From NCBI GenBank assembly GCA_965661285.1, contig CBFIDD010000003.1, positions 256,001 through 320,000 of the forward strand: a stretch of DNA of 64,000 nucleotides. The letters are read 5' to 3'. This stretch comes from Poseidonia sp. (lineage in GTDB: Archaea > Thermoplasmatota > Poseidoniia > Poseidoniales > Poseidoniaceae). Positions 47,822-58,215 of this stretch are shown piece after piece (position 1 is the first letter of the stretch; each line of letters starts with the position of its first letter). The notes under the pieces were generated by a model, which ran no database searches, was not told the DNA's origin, and saw nothing but the letters and a program-made list of their open reading frames with translations. The translations under genes and the position numbers were made by a program.

Positions 47822-48016
47822 TGTCAGCAAGGTGACAACGCCATCGGCCGCCCAGAACAGACCTGAATGCTGATTCTTTTCATCCGCTCCTTCCGTTTTG
47901 TCCCTGCGGAGGTACTTCAGAAGCGAGTTGATGTTGAAAATCATCAACAGAACGAACAACACCCCGCCAACAACCGTCAGCATCGCCAGGGTCTGAACCG
48001 TCTCTTCGGCTGCCAT
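47783..48016 (-). CDS. Small membrane protein
   Basis: 77 aa with an N-terminal TM; overlaps the convergent ORF by 39 bp. Confidence 0.45.
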   Translation of the reverse strand: MAAEETVQTLAMLTVVGGVLFVLLMIFNINSLLKYLRRDKTEGADEKNQHSGLFWAADGVVTLLTSLDFLTLFLFLI

Positions 48017-48087
48017 GAGAATTTATTCTGCGGCTCAGAGATTAGTATTTGCCCGGCGTCGAGGCAGATACGATTGCGATTTGGCCC

Positions 48088-48687
48088 TCAAGGGAAGAAG
48101 ACCGTTTCCGCACCCTCAATCCACTGCTTCTCTTTCTTCATGCAGCGTTTGAATTCCGCCGACTCAAGATGCTCGCCCAGCCAAGCGTGAACGTAGGCCC
48201 AGGGCTGAGCGTCGAACCAGTCCCGGTCGTGGTTGGCGAACTGCCGCACGAACGGGAACAATGCGTCGTTGAGTTGGGGCGCAAAGGCCGGACCCTTTTC
48301 CAGTCGAGCGTCAAGGTCGCTCAAGTAAGCCGAAGCCAATGTGCGATGCTCCACTTCGTCCACGTCTTCGTAGCGGTTCGGATACTTGTAGCGGTCCAGG
48401 TGGAATTTGAATTCCTCATCGTTACGTTCCACCCAGTGCGCTTCCTCTTCACTGAGCTCCCAGCCCAGAACGTGCTGCATGATCTCCAAACTCTCCTCGA
48501 TGACCGTGCCGTCAGGCAGCAAGAGCACGGGCACCGTGCCCTTGGGTGAAATCTCCATCATGTGGTCTGGGCGGTCACGCAGCACGACTTCCCGAAGTTC
48601 GACCTCGTAGCCCTCCCGAACGATGGACATCCGTGCCCGCATGGCGTAGGGGCAGCGGCGAAAGGAGTAGAGAATGGGCAGCGACAT
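48088..48687 (-). CDS. Glutathione S-transferase family protein
   Basis: LYSFRRCPYAMRAR, SPKGTVPVL, ESLEIM, FPFVRQFA. Confidence 0.9.
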   Translation of the reverse strand: MSLPILYSFRRCPYAMRARMSIVREGYEVELREVVLRDRPDHMMEISPKGTVPVLLLPDGTVIEESLEIMQHVLGWELSEEEAHWVERNDEEFKFHLDRYKYPNRYEDVDEVEHRTLASAYLSDLDARLEKGPAFAPQLNDALFPFVRQFANHDRDWFDAQPWAYVHAWLGEHLESAEFKRCMKKEKQWIEGAETVFFP

Positions 48688-48704
48688 GGCGACCCTTCCT
48701 GCAA

Positions 48705-49769
48705 TCACTCGGGCGGTGTGGGCGGAGCGTAGCCGCCGTCAACCGCTTCCTGGACGGTCGCCATGTCGGCGTCGACCATCATCTGAACGAGTTCTTCAAA
48801 CGAGGTGCTGGGCACCCAGCCGAGTTCCTTCTCGGCCAGCGCAGGGTCGCCGATGAGCAAATCCACTTCAGCGGGACGGAAGAATTTGGGATTGGTGCGT
48901 ACACGCACGACGCCATTCTGGTCGGTGGCGATGGTGTCAACGTCTTCTCCCGACCACGTCAGGTCCATGCCGACATGAGAGAAGGCGAGGGTGATCATGT
49001 CGCGCACGCTGTGCGTGCGACCGGTCGCCACAACGTAGTCGCCGGGCTTTTCCTGCTGGAGCATGCGCCACTGCATCTCAACATAGTCGCCGGCGAAACC
49101 CCAGTCTCGCTTGGCATCGACGTTGCCAATCCACAAACACTCGTCAAAGCCATGGGCGATGCGAGCGGCGGTCATGGTGACCTTTCGGGTGACGAATTCA
49201 AGTCCGCGACGTGGGCTTTCGTGGTTGAAGAGAATGCCCGTGCAGGCGAACATGTCGTAAGATTCACGGTAGTTTCGGGTGATTTCGAAGGCGAAGACCT
49301 TGGCGCAGCCGTAGGGCGAGCGGGGGTGGAAGGGCGTCAACTCGGTTTGGGGAACGTCACGAACCTTGCCGTACTGTTCGGAAGAGCCCGCCTGATAGAA
49401 GCGGCAGTGAGGCGCATGCTTGCGAATGGCTTCGAGGCAGCGAAGGGCACCCAGGCCGGTGATGTCAGCGGTCATCATGGGCGAGCGCCACGATTCGGGA
49501 ACAAAGGACATGGCGCCGAGGTTGTAGAATTCATCGGGTTGGGTCTGGCTGACGGCGTTGTCGATGGAGTTCTGGTCGGCCAAATCGCCGTTGAGGAGGT
49601 GGAACTTGTCGTTGCTCATCAGGTGGTTGATGAGACTGCGACCGGAGGTGGGCTGTGAGACACGGCGCACCAATCCGTAGACGGTGTAGCCCTTTTCGAG
49701 AAGCAATTCAGCGAGGTAGGAGCCGTCTTGGCCCGTGATGCCCGTGATCATCGCGGTCTTGCTGCCCAT
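48705..49769 (-). CDS. gmd: GDP-mannose 4,6-dehydratase
   Basis: ITGITGQDGSYL, PRSPYGCAK, LFNHESPRRG, RDWG, RPAEVD. Confidence 0.96.
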   Translation of the reverse strand: MGSKTAMITGITGQDGSYLAELLLEKGYTVYGLVRRVSQPTSGRSLINHLMSNDKFHLLNGDLADQNSIDNAVSQTQPDEFYNLGAMSFVPESWRSPMMTADITGLGALRCLEAIRKHAPHCRFYQAGSSEQYGKVRDVPQTELTPFHPRSPYGCAKVFAFEITRNYRESYDMFACTGILFNHESPRRGLEFVTRKVTMTAARIAHGFDECLWIGNVDAKRDWGFAGDYVEMQWRMLQQEKPGDYVVATGRTHSVRDMITLAFSHVGMDLTWSGEDVDTIATDQNGVVRVRTNPKFFRPAEVDLLIGDPALAEKELGWVPSTSFEELVQMMVDADMATVQEAVDGGYAPPTPPE

Positions 49770-49879
49770 GTGGCTTGGCAGATGCTGTCCCTTTTCAAAC
49801 GGTCGCCTGTATGGCCGGAAAAAACAGCCTCGAAACCCGGCCCCTTTGATTTTAAGTACGCCTTGGCCACCCTTTTGCC

Positions 49880-51181
49880 ATGGCACAAGCGGAAGAGGGG
49901 CGACGTCCTCGTCTTCTCATCGTGCGGGGCTCCTTTGCGACCATGGGCGGCGCCGAGCGCGAACTCCTCCAACTCATTCGCATGGCCCACAACCGCTGGG
50001 ATGTCCATCTGGCCACCCTTGACATCTCCACCGAAGCCCAAGACCTCATGCTTCCTGCGACACCCACCCTCATCACGCCCGCCACACCCCTCAACTGGCC
50101 CGAAGGCGCCCTCGCTGAGGTCACCGCGGCCGCCAGCAAAACAGCCGAAAAGGCGTGGGCGAAGATGGATATTCCGTGGGAACAGTTCGACGTGGTCCAC
50201 CTTTCCGTGTGCCGAGGCACGCTTGAGATCTTGCCGCTCGTTCCACCGCATCTCCCCGTGAACTACCATTGTCTCGAACCACCGCGCTGGCTGTACGAGG
50301 ACGTGCTTCACCGTCATCCAAACGGCCAACCAAAACGTCCGCTGTGGCTGACGAAGATGGTGTTTACACGTCAACGCCGACGGGACCAGCGCTATGTTCG
50401 CACCCTCCTCAAGCGCCCAAAAAGTGCCATCTTCGGAAACTCGCCGTGGAGTCAAATCCTCCTCGAGCGCACCTACGGCCTGCCTTCTGACCCGACCACC
50501 ACCAACGGTCATCCACCCCGGCGAGACGAACACCAGCGCCCCCTCGAAGGCTCCCATGTACTGCCAACCGTCGACCTCAGCAACTGGCCTGCGCAGTCCA
50601 CGCCCGAGGAACGCGACGAGATGGTCGAAGTCGCCCTGCCCGAGGGGCCGTACGTCATCACCATCGGTACGGTCTCCCATGTCAAAGGGACCTACGATAC
50701 AATGCGTTCGCTGGTGAACAGCCCGTACGCGCTGGTCCAAGCCGGCGGCGGTTCAGCCGAAGACAAGGCGGCGCTGGTGGCTGAAGGAAAGCGCCTGGGC
50801 GTTGAGGTCGTGTGCATGCCTCGCCTTTCACAAGCGGCGCTCGTGGGTGTGGTTCGCGGGGCTCATGCCATGGTCAGCCATGCACATCACGAACCGTTCG
50901 GGTTCACGCCGCTCGAAGCCATGGCCGTGGGTGTGCCTCCCATCATGGTTGACGAAGGCGGCTTTCACTTCACGATGACCGGTTCGGGCGCCGGCGTGCT
51001 CGTTCAACGAGACGACCGGGAAGGCTGGCTCACGGCCTTTGAAGCGGCTGCGGACCCCGAAACCCGAGCGGCATGGGCCAGCGCAGGTCGAAACCACGTC
51101 GCAAGCAACTATCCTCCGGAGCGTCAACTCGAGGCGATCGAACGCATCATGGCGCCGTTCTTCAACGACGAACCGGTCTGA
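49880..51181 (+). CDS. Glycosyltransferase family 4
   Basis: GGAERE; HEPFGFTPLEAMAVG. Confidence 0.88.
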   Translation: MAQAEEGRRPRLLIVRGSFATMGGAERELLQLIRMAHNRWDVHLATLDISTEAQDLMLPATPTLITPATPLNWPEGALAEVTAAASKTAEKAWAKMDIPWEQFDVVHLSVCRGTLEILPLVPPHLPVNYHCLEPPRWLYEDVLHRHPNGQPKRPLWLTKMVFTRQRRRDQRYVRTLLKRPKSAIFGNSPWSQILLERTYGLPSDPTTTNGHPPRRDEHQRPLEGSHVLPTVDLSNWPAQSTPEERDEMVEVALPEGPYVITIGTVSHVKGTYDTMRSLVNSPYALVQAGGGSAEDKAALVAEGKRLGVEVVCMPRLSQAALVGVVRGAHAMVSHAHHEPFGFTPLEAMAVGVPPIMVDEGGFHFTMTGSGAGVLVQRDDREGWLTAFEAAADPETRAAWASAGRNHVASNYPPERQLEAIERIMAPFFNDEPV

Positions 51182-51230
51182 ACAATTCTCTTTTTGCATC
51201 CTTTATGTAGGCTCAAGCATCTACTCTATC

Positions 51231-51866
51231 ATGAACGAAGAGCGAAGCCCACGCCATCTGCTTTTGGTCGGTGCCGGAGGCATCGGCACCCAACTGATTG
51301 AACTCTTGGTCCCTGCCTTGCGCATGGTCAACCTGCAAGGTAGCATCACCTTGATGGACGCCGACATCGTTGAAGCCACCAATCTGGGCCATCAACGCTA
51401 CACAAAGGACGACATCGGGCAAGCCAAAGTCGACGCCCTCGCCAAGCGCTTGGACGACGAGGACGCAACCTTACGCGTCAAGGCCATCGCTGAGAATTTG
51501 CGAACGGCTGACCAACTCAACGGCTACGATTTCGTGGTGGTCTGCGTCGACCGTCCCGAGCCGCGTCGTCTCGTACACCAACTGGATATCCCTTGGCTGG
51601 ACCTCAGGTGCAGCGGCGACGGCCATGTGGCCCTGTCATCTCAATCCCTTCCTGCCTTGGTTGAGCGCATGACGCCCGACCACGCTCCAGCCAGTTGTCA
51701 AGTGCCTGGCGCCTTGGATGCTGGCAATTTGGAATACGGCTTTGCTTCGGCCGCTGCTTTTGGTGCCCAATGGGCCACCCAACTTTGGCGAGGGCGCCCA
51801 GCGCCCGTACAGTCCATGGGCAGCCTGACCTACGGCGCACTCTCCTTCCCGGAGGTGAGCGCATGA
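51231..51866 (+). CDS. ThiF/MoeB (E1-like) adenylyltransferase
   Basis: VGAGGIG, DADIVEATNLGHQ, AKV, CVD, candidate catalytic ASCQ; TTTATG TATA-like box about 28 bp upstream. Confidence 0.88.
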   Translation: MNEERSPRHLLLVGAGGIGTQLIELLVPALRMVNLQGSITLMDADIVEATNLGHQRYTKDDIGQAKVDALAKRLDDEDATLRVKAIAENLRTADQLNGYDFVVVCVDRPEPRRLVHQLDIPWLDLRCSGDGHVALSSQSLPALVERMTPDHAPASCQVPGALDAGNLEYGFASAAAFGAQWATQLWRGRPAPVQSMGSLTYGALSFPEVSA

Positions 51867-52411
51867 TTGGGCTTCCCGATGCCGCCGACCTCGAACTGCA
51901 CGACGACGTGTGGGAGCGAGCCTGTATGGCCGCGCAGGATAAGCGCGTGGACGACGAGGATTTGCTCACCGCTCAACGCATGTTGGCAGAGGCCGGCCGA
52001 TGGGATGGCGTCTACGTCCTCTCGGTCATGGCCGGGCTTGAAACTTCAGTGCTCATCGATGCCGATGAGAAGATTTTCATCGACTGGGGCACGGCCGGCC
52101 AGGTCACCCTCCAGCCTCCGGTTGGCGGACGTATTCCGTTCAAGCTGTGGGTTCACACCCACCCTCGGTTCGCATCGTACTGGAGCATCACCGACACCAC
52201 CAGTCTCAGCTTGGGTGCAGGCATTCTCGAGTCCGCCATGGTGCTGGGACAACCCGGGCCAAAACACAGCAGCAACCGTTCTTTTGTGGACGGTGACCAC
52301 GACACCATGCTCAGCAACCAAGGGCCGTTGAGCCAATGGACCAGCGAAGAGCCCGTGCCGTGGACCGAATGGTACGGACTCAACAACATCGATGTCGAGG
52401 TGGTTGAGTGA
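51863..52411 (+). CDS. Divergent JAB/MPN+ metalloprotease
   Basis: LETSVLID glutamate plus HTHPRFASYWSITD; GGAGGTGA RBS; ATGA overlap with the ThiF gene. Confidence 0.75.
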   Translation: MIGLPDAADLELHDDVWERACMAAQDKRVDDEDLLTAQRMLAEAGRWDGVYVLSVMAGLETSVLIDADEKIFIDWGTAGQVTLQPPVGGRIPFKLWVHTHPRFASYWSITDTTSLSLGAGILESAMVLGQPGPKHSSNRSFVDGDHDTMLSNQGPLSQWTSEEPVPWTEWYGLNNIDVEVVE

Positions 52412-52644
52412 CCGCACGTGGACCCAAAGACGAAGAGGAGCACTTCAAGGCCCTCTTGGCCGTCCTCAACGGCCGCGGGCGAAGCGTTGCCGACGTCATC
52501 GAAGAGTTGACTGGCGAGACCCCGTCAGAAGAGACCGTCGAAGCCGTGGTGAATCGCCTGCAAATGGCCCAAGAAAGCGGTGAGCATGTCGACATTGTCG
52601 CCATCGTCCACTCGCTCAGCGACCTGGCCGAGCAGTGGGCCTGA
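52408..52644 (+). CDS. 78-aa acidic helical protein
   Basis: GTGA overlap with the JAB gene; GAGGTG RBS. Confidence 0.7.
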   Translation: MTARGPKDEEEHFKALLAVLNGRGRSVADVIEELTGETPSEETVEAVVNRLQMAQESGEHVDIVAIVHSLSDLAEQWA

Positions 52645-54717
52645 TCACTGGTTCGTGTAGGTCGGCCGACGGTTCTCAATGAGGGCCGACAAGCCTTCCA
52701 GTGCATCTTTGGTCGAGAAAATCGTGTTCAGGCCGTCGAGTTCCAACTTCAAGCCAGCCGAAAGGTCGGTCGTGGCCGTAGCGTCGATCAAATCGCTCGC
52801 CATCCGCAGCCCAATCGGTGCGGTGAACGAGAGGCTCTTGATTTGACGAGCGACCGTCTTTTCTTCCTTGTCAAAGCCATCCGGGCAGTCGCCCTTCATG
52901 AGCACGGCCATGTTTTCATCGGTGAAGAACGAGGTAGCAAACTTCGCCACGGGCGAGGCGGGATTGGCCGGCTGGCCGGGGTACTTCTCAGCGGGCTTTC
53001 CTTCACCGGCCAGCGTTGCAATGCAAGCGTCAACGCCAGCCACATCGACCAAATGGGTCACGAGGCCGAGGTCGGTGGCCGTGTTCGCATCCATGAAATT
53101 CCCGGCGAGCACCGCCCAGCGTGCGGCAGGAATGCCGCAGATTCGAGCCGGTCGTTGTGAGCCTCCAAGTCCAGGATAGATGCCGATGGACGTCTCGGGG
53201 AAACGGAACTGGGTTCGGCGGGTGCCGATACGATAATCGCAGGCAAGGGCAAGTTCCAATCCGCCGCCAAGGGCCAAACCGGTGGTCAAGGCGATGGTGG
53301 TTTTGGGTGAGGATTCCAACATGTTGAGCAGGACATGCCCGTCTGCGGTGAAATCATAGATGTCAGGAATGGCCTCAGCCCGAATCTTGTCCACAAAGAA
53401 CTTCACGTCAGCGCCGGCGACAAACGCCTTTCCTGCACCGTCAAGGACAATGGTGTTGACCTCAGCGTTGGCGTTGGCGGCCTCAACGGCCTGTGTCAAC
53501 TGCTTGACCACCACGACATTGAGTGCATTCATGGCTTCAGGACGGTTGATGGTGATGGTCGCCACGCCGTTGTTCACGGTGGTATCAACATAGGAGAACG
53601 CCCAACCGGTCGCGCCCTGCTGGGTAAAGAAAGCGGGGACGTTCCAGCCTTCTCCGGCCGTCTGTGCGTAGGCAGCGGCCATGCGATGAGCTTCGCCAAC
53701 GCCGATGCGGTTCATCATCTCAAACGGTCCACGAGCCCAGCGCAAGCCGACTTTCGCCCCGCGGTCAACGTCTTCCATGCTGCAGATGTCTTCGTCAACG
53801 ATCTGGGCAGCCACACCAAACACGACGCCCAAAAGGCGCTCGGAAACGGCGGTGTATTGCTCGTCGCTGTAGGTGGCGTCCTCTGAAACATCCCACTGTT
53901 CGTTCGCTTCGACGAGCGCTCGAAGATTGGCGGCCCCGGTGTAGCGGGGCGTGTTGAGCTGCTCGGCCAAATAATCGGTGGAATGCAGGGCGATAGGAGG
54001 GCCTGTGAGGTTCATCAATCCAAAGGGGCCCAAACCGATGCGGAAGGCTTTGCAGGCGATGGCGTCAATTTGTGCGGCGTTCGCTGCACCCTCTTCGAGC
54101 AGAAGACACGCTTCGTTGAGCCAAGGCACAAAGAAGCGGTTGACGACAAACCCGGGTCGGTCGGCGCAAACGATGACCACCTTCCCAAGCATCTTGCAGT
54201 ACTGCACGACCTTGTCGATGGTCGCTTGACTCGAGGCCTTGGCGGGAATCACTTCCACCAGACGGTTCTTGGCGGGGTGGTAGAAAAAGTGCAGGCCAAC
54301 AAAGCGGTCGGGGCGGCCGGTGGCTTCGGCGAGTGCGTTGACCGAGAGCGAAGATGTGTTGGAAGCGAGAATGGTACCCTCGCCGCAGGCTTCGTCCAAC
54401 GCCGTGAACACCGCCGTCTTCACGTCAAAGTCCTCGAAAACGGCTTCAATGACCAAATCCGTGTTCTCTGCGGTGTTGTCCACGCCCACCACGCCGGTGA
54501 TGCGTCCCTGAATCGCCTCGACTTGCGCAGGTGAGAAAATGCGTCGCTCGACGGCTTCTTCGAGGAACGAAGCGATGATGGATTGGCCACGCTCCACCCA
54601 CTGGAGTTCGCGGTCGACCATCTGCACGTCAAATTCTTCTTGTGCGCTTTTTTGAGCGATGCCTGAGCCCATGTTGCCGGCGCCGACCACGGCGACGCGC
54701 TGAATCGGTTGAGTCAT
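52645..54717 (-). CDS. 3-hydroxyacyl-CoA dehydrogenase / enoyl-CoA hydratase fusion (archaeal domain order)
   Basis: VGAGNMGSGIA, ASNTSSL, GLHFF; C-terminal crotonase NRPEAMNAL, AFVAGAD, ALGGGLELALAC. Confidence 0.93.
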   Translation of the reverse strand: MTQPIQRVAVVGAGNMGSGIAQKSAQEEFDVQMVDRELQWVERGQSIIASFLEEAVERRIFSPAQVEAIQGRITGVVGVDNTAENTDLVIEAVFEDFDVKTAVFTALDEACGEGTILASNTSSLSVNALAEATGRPDRFVGLHFFYHPAKNRLVEVIPAKASSQATIDKVVQYCKMLGKVVIVCADRPGFVVNRFFVPWLNEACLLLEEGAANAAQIDAIACKAFRIGLGPFGLMNLTGPPIALHSTDYLAEQLNTPRYTGAANLRALVEANEQWDVSEDATYSDEQYTAVSERLLGVVFGVAAQIVDEDICSMEDVDRGAKVGLRWARGPFEMMNRIGVGEAHRMAAAYAQTAGEGWNVPAFFTQQGATGWAFSYVDTTVNNGVATITINRPEAMNALNVVVVKQLTQAVEAANANAEVNTIVLDGAGKAFVAGADVKFFVDKIRAEAIPDIYDFTADGHVLLNMLESSPKTTIALTTGLALGGGLELALACDYRIGTRRTQFRFPETSIGIYPGLGGSQRPARICGIPAARWAVLAGNFMDANTATDLGLVTHLVDVAGVDACIATLAGEGKPAEKYPGQPANPASPVAKFATSFFTDENMAVLMKGDCPDGFDKEEKTVARQIKSLSFTAPIGLRMASDLIDATATTDLSAGLKLELDGLNTIFSTKDALEGLSALIENRRPTYTNQ

Positions 54718-54759
54718 GGCCCTTGCGAATCCAATGACGCTCATGAAGCATACGGCCGG

Positions 54760-55980
54760 TCAAGATGAGGAAATCTGACCCCACGCGTCCGACATGTCGC
54801 GATGAAATCGGTCCGGGGCGAGGAACGCAACGTGCTCCATCAGGCGTCGTTCTGGCTGGCGGGGCTCACCGTTTCGGCCTTTCCATGCTGAATGAACCTC
54901 GACGATGGCCTGAACCCAAGCCTCCACGTCCTCCGGGTCAATCACGTCGCCTTCGGGCATCAACTCGTTGTGGGCCGGACGATTCGAGGCCACGACGGGC
55001 TGACCAGCCGCCATCGATTCAACGGTGGGGTAACCAAAGCCCTCTGCGGCCGATGGGAACAGCAGCGCTTCGCAGTGCCAGCGGTAGGTGTTCAGTACCT
55101 CTTCGCTGATGTTGGAGCCGACCCAATGCCACGCCACGCCATGCTGCTTGGCCAAAGCGGTGGCTGAAGGCCCTCCGTGGGGACACGTATCACCGCCGAT
55201 GTGGTGCACCCGAACATCATCGGCAACAGCTGGAGGGAGTTGGGCGAGCACGCGAATGAGGAAAGAAAGGCGTTTGCGAGGGTCGTGACTGCCCACAACC
55301 AACAGGTCGCAAGCCGAGGCCCGCAAGGCTTCAGGCGGGGCAGGAAGGTCGGCGGGAGGGGCATAACGCTCCACGTCGATGGCGTAGGGGATTTGGTAGA
55401 GCGGCGTGTTGGGAAAGTGTTGCCGGCACGATGCTGCAACAGCGCCGGTACTGCAAATGAACGCATCTGCGCGCCCCAGCCCGTTCAACAAACGGCGAAG
55501 GTCACGGCGGCGAATGAAGCCGGGACGGGGCTCCCCCACCTCCACCCGTTCGCCCGAAAGGGTGACAATCTCAGGGGCCAAGTGGAAGAAATCGTGGACG
55601 TAGACGACCACGGGCACGGGTGCGTCGTGAGGAACGAGGTGGGCTTGCTCTTGGTCGCTGACAAACACCAAATCCACCTCGCCTGCTTGATGGCGCTGTT
55701 TGATGGCGGACCGGACGCGCGTAGGATGGCGAAACCATCGCTCACGCAAACGCTTCGGCCCCGACGGGTTATCGCCGAGATCGTACTCTTCGACGCCGGC
55801 GCTTTGCCAGCCGGGAATCTCGCCGGCATCGAGAGCGACCTTGAGGTCGTGAAACGCACCACCAATCCCCGAAAACCGCGTCAGGACGCCGCCCCTTACG
55901 AGCAACACCCGCTTGGTGCGGTCTGAGGCGCCTGGCTCCATGCTACCGGGAGGGGTTGGTTCCTCTTGAAAGGAGGGCAT
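54760..55980 (-). CDS. Glycosyltransferase family 4
   Basis: VGSHDPRK; FPSAAEGFGYPTVESMAAG. Confidence 0.88.
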   Translation of the reverse strand: MPSFQEEPTPPGSMEPGASDRTKRVLLVRGGVLTRFSGIGGAFHDLKVALDAGEIPGWQSAGVEEYDLGDNPSGPKRLRERWFRHPTRVRSAIKQRHQAGEVDLVFVSDQEQAHLVPHDAPVPVVVYVHDFFHLAPEIVTLSGERVEVGEPRPGFIRRRDLRRLLNGLGRADAFICSTGAVAASCRQHFPNTPLYQIPYAIDVERYAPPADLPAPPEALRASACDLLVVGSHDPRKRLSFLIRVLAQLPPAVADDVRVHHIGGDTCPHGGPSATALAKQHGVAWHWVGSNISEEVLNTYRWHCEALLFPSAAEGFGYPTVESMAAGQPVVASNRPAHNELMPEGDVIDPEDVEAWVQAIVEVHSAWKGRNGEPRQPERRLMEHVAFLAPDRFHRDMSDAWGQISSS

Positions 55981-56076
55981 CACACGAGCCGTACGCCATG
56001 AGATTCGAGGCCGATTCGCGCCGTGGTGTGGAAAAGACATCAAGTAGTCAAACCCACTCCGGCAAAGCGAGTCCCG

Positions 56077-56532
56077 ATGCCAGAGCCACCCATGACCATT
56101 CCTTCAAACGAGTTTACAGCCATCGAAGACGGCATCCAGACCACCATCGACCAGGGAACATCCATTCGAAAAATGCTGGCAAAACACTCCGGTCAAGGCC
56201 CTTACAATGCCGCGTGGGAAGTTGAAGCGGCGGTGGAAGCCCTGCATGTTTTTGCCTCGAGGTGGACCATCGAAATACTCGCCGCCCTCTACATCACCGG
56301 GCCTCGAAGGTTCAACGAAATGAAAAACATGCTCTCTGGCATCTCAAGCCGCACGCTATCGGATAAACTGCGCTACCTCACGGAGGAAGGTTTGGTGCTT
56401 CGTGTGGTGACCGACGGCCCGCCTGTCAAAGTCAGCTACGAACTCAGTTCGCACGGACGAACCTGTGGACGCCTGCTCTCTCCCCTCGTCGCTCATCTGA
56501 AGATGGTCGCGGGTTCGGTCGTTCAAGACTAA
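56077..56532 (+). CDS. HxlR-family winged-helix regulator
   Basis: RWTIEIL, RRFNEM, GISSRTLSDKL, PPVKVSYELS. Confidence 0.9.
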   Translation: MPEPPMTIPSNEFTAIEDGIQTTIDQGTSIRKMLAKHSGQGPYNAAWEVEAAVEALHVFASRWTIEILAALYITGPRRFNEMKNMLSGISSRTLSDKLRYLTEEGLVLRVVTDGPPVKVSYELSSHGRTCGRLLSPLVAHLKMVAGSVVQD

Positions 56533-57329
56533 GCCTCTACCCTTCCTTGCTGGACCGATTGTCCGGTCCTCAAATTCAACGCCGTGAGCATGCGCTTGTG
56601 TTCAGGACCGTGATAGAGGCAGGTATCGAGTCCGATGGCGGCAGAACGTTCGTCGTCCAAGACCACCGCACTTTCCCACACCCTGCCCCAATCGTTCACG
56701 GTTGGACCGGGCAAACCAGCCGTGATGGTGTGGCCAAAGACGACGGTTCTCTCATCGTCGATGGGTGTGCTGGAACGGTGAAATTCGTTGCGAATCCAAA
56801 GCAGATCGTCCTCGTCTTGACCGTCCAAGTCAACCCCTGGCCGATAGCCGGCGTGAACCAACCGCCAGCGGTCAAGCACGATGTGCGTGGGCAAGGCGGT
56901 CATCCATTCCGTGTGGCGTTGAGCACAGTCATGATACGAGTCTGCATCCAATCCCCCATCGGTTGTTTGATGAGCCCGAATGTACGATGCCACGGTCGTG
57001 TTGCCGCCGTTTTGCATCCACAACATCACGTCGATGTCCGGTTGTTCTAATTTTTCAGGTGTGAAGTTTTGCACCATCATCTGCTCATGATTGCCTTTGA
57101 CGGTCGCCATGCGGGCTTCCGTCATCACATGATGAACCACACCGAACGAATTTGGTCCGCGGTCCACCAAATCGCCCAAAAAAACCACCCAGTCGTGTTC
57201 CTTCAACGCCAACCGGTCGCACAATTCGACCATGGTCTGGTAGAATCCGTGAACATCACCGACCACCCAGACATCGTGTCCTCGGTCCAAAGCCTGCTGC
57301 AACTTCCCCTCCAATTCTATGTCTCTCAT
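56529..57329 (-). CDS. Metallophosphoesterase (PrpA/ApaH-like Ser/Thr phosphatase)
   Basis: GDVHG, LGDLVDRGP, GNHE, VHAG, VFGHT, LDT. Confidence 0.9.
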   Translation of the reverse strand: MRDIELEGKLQQALDRGHDVWVVGDVHGFYQTMVELCDRLALKEHDWVVFLGDLVDRGPNSFGVVHHVMTEARMATVKGNHEQMMVQNFTPEKLEQPDIDVMLWMQNGGNTTVASYIRAHQTTDGGLDADSYHDCAQRHTEWMTALPTHIVLDRWRLVHAGYRPGVDLDGQDEDDLLWIRNEFHRSSTPIDDERTVVFGHTITAGLPGPTVNDWGRVWESAVVLDDERSAAIGLDTCLYHGPEHKRMLTALNLRTGQSVQQGRVEA

Positions 57330-57378
57330 GGCCTCACTTCATTGACAAAAGAAGAGGACTGCAACCTTATTTAACGGT

Positions 57379-58128
57379 ATGAACAGCCCTCAACCTCAAC
57401 CAGCACGACCCCGAACGAGAAGGCGATGGATTAAGGGAGGAGAAGACCATCCTCGTCCCATGCCTTTGCTCGCTCAGTGGACCCGGCAACGCCCTTGGCT
57501 CGCCGCAGGGTTGACCGGTGCTGCGAGTGGAGTTGTTGGTATCGCAGGCGGACTTGCGACCGTGGCAAGCGCCGTTGGTGCCGTGGCCTTCGGTGGTATT
57601 TCCACGCGAGCGACCGCCCACGAACACCCGCTACGACGACGCATACTCTCAACGCTTGAAGAGCGCCCAGGGTTGTGCTACCGTGAACTCCAAACGGTCA
57701 TGAACACGGCCAACGGCACCCTGCGCCATCACCTCGATGTCCTCCAAACACGACGAGCGGTGACCGTGATGCCGGTCAACGGGCGAACGTGCTACTTTGC
57801 CGGTGGCCCGAGCCAAGTGGAAGTTCTGCGAAGCAGGGTTGTTGGCGAAGAACGCATGGCTCAGCAATTGCCTATCGGCCTTTCACCCGTTCAGCGGATG
57901 ATTCTCGACAACATCGACCGTGAGGGCGTTCCACGCTCACAAGCGGCACTCGCTCGGCGACTTGGCCGCTCTCGCGCAACCGTTCACAGCGCCATCAAGG
58001 TACTGCGACGGCGCGGTATCCTCCGAGAAGACCGCATTGAATTGATGCCACATATCGATTTGGAAATTTACACCAACGCCCGAACAGGTGTGGATTACGA
58101 CCACGTTGATGAGCGACGGCGGTCATGA
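57379..58128 (+). CDS. Double winged-helix protein with an N-terminal hydrophobic segment
   Basis: HPLRRRIL..PGLCYREL..GTLRHHL; second HTH SQAALARRLGRSRATV. Confidence 0.75.
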   Translation: MNSPQPQPARPRTRRRWIKGGEDHPRPMPLLAQWTRQRPWLAAGLTGAASGVVGIAGGLATVASAVGAVAFGGISTRATAHEHPLRRRILSTLEERPGLCYRELQTVMNTANGTLRHHLDVLQTRRAVTVMPVNGRTCYFAGGPSQVEVLRSRVVGEERMAQQLPIGLSPVQRMILDNIDREGVPRSQAALARRLGRSRATVHSAIKVLRRRGILREDRIELMPHIDLEIYTNARTGVDYDHVDERRRS

Positions 58129-58215
58129 CGCTGTCGTGATTTCAATTACGGAATCTGTCGCTTGAGCGACAATTATTGCACAGGCTTCAAAGACCCTTGG
58201 CGCTGCCGAAATACC

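Noticed and set aside
52408-52644. Ubiquitin-like/SAMP modifier
   Set aside because: No C-terminal Gly-Gly, and the sequence looks all-helical rather than beta-grasp.
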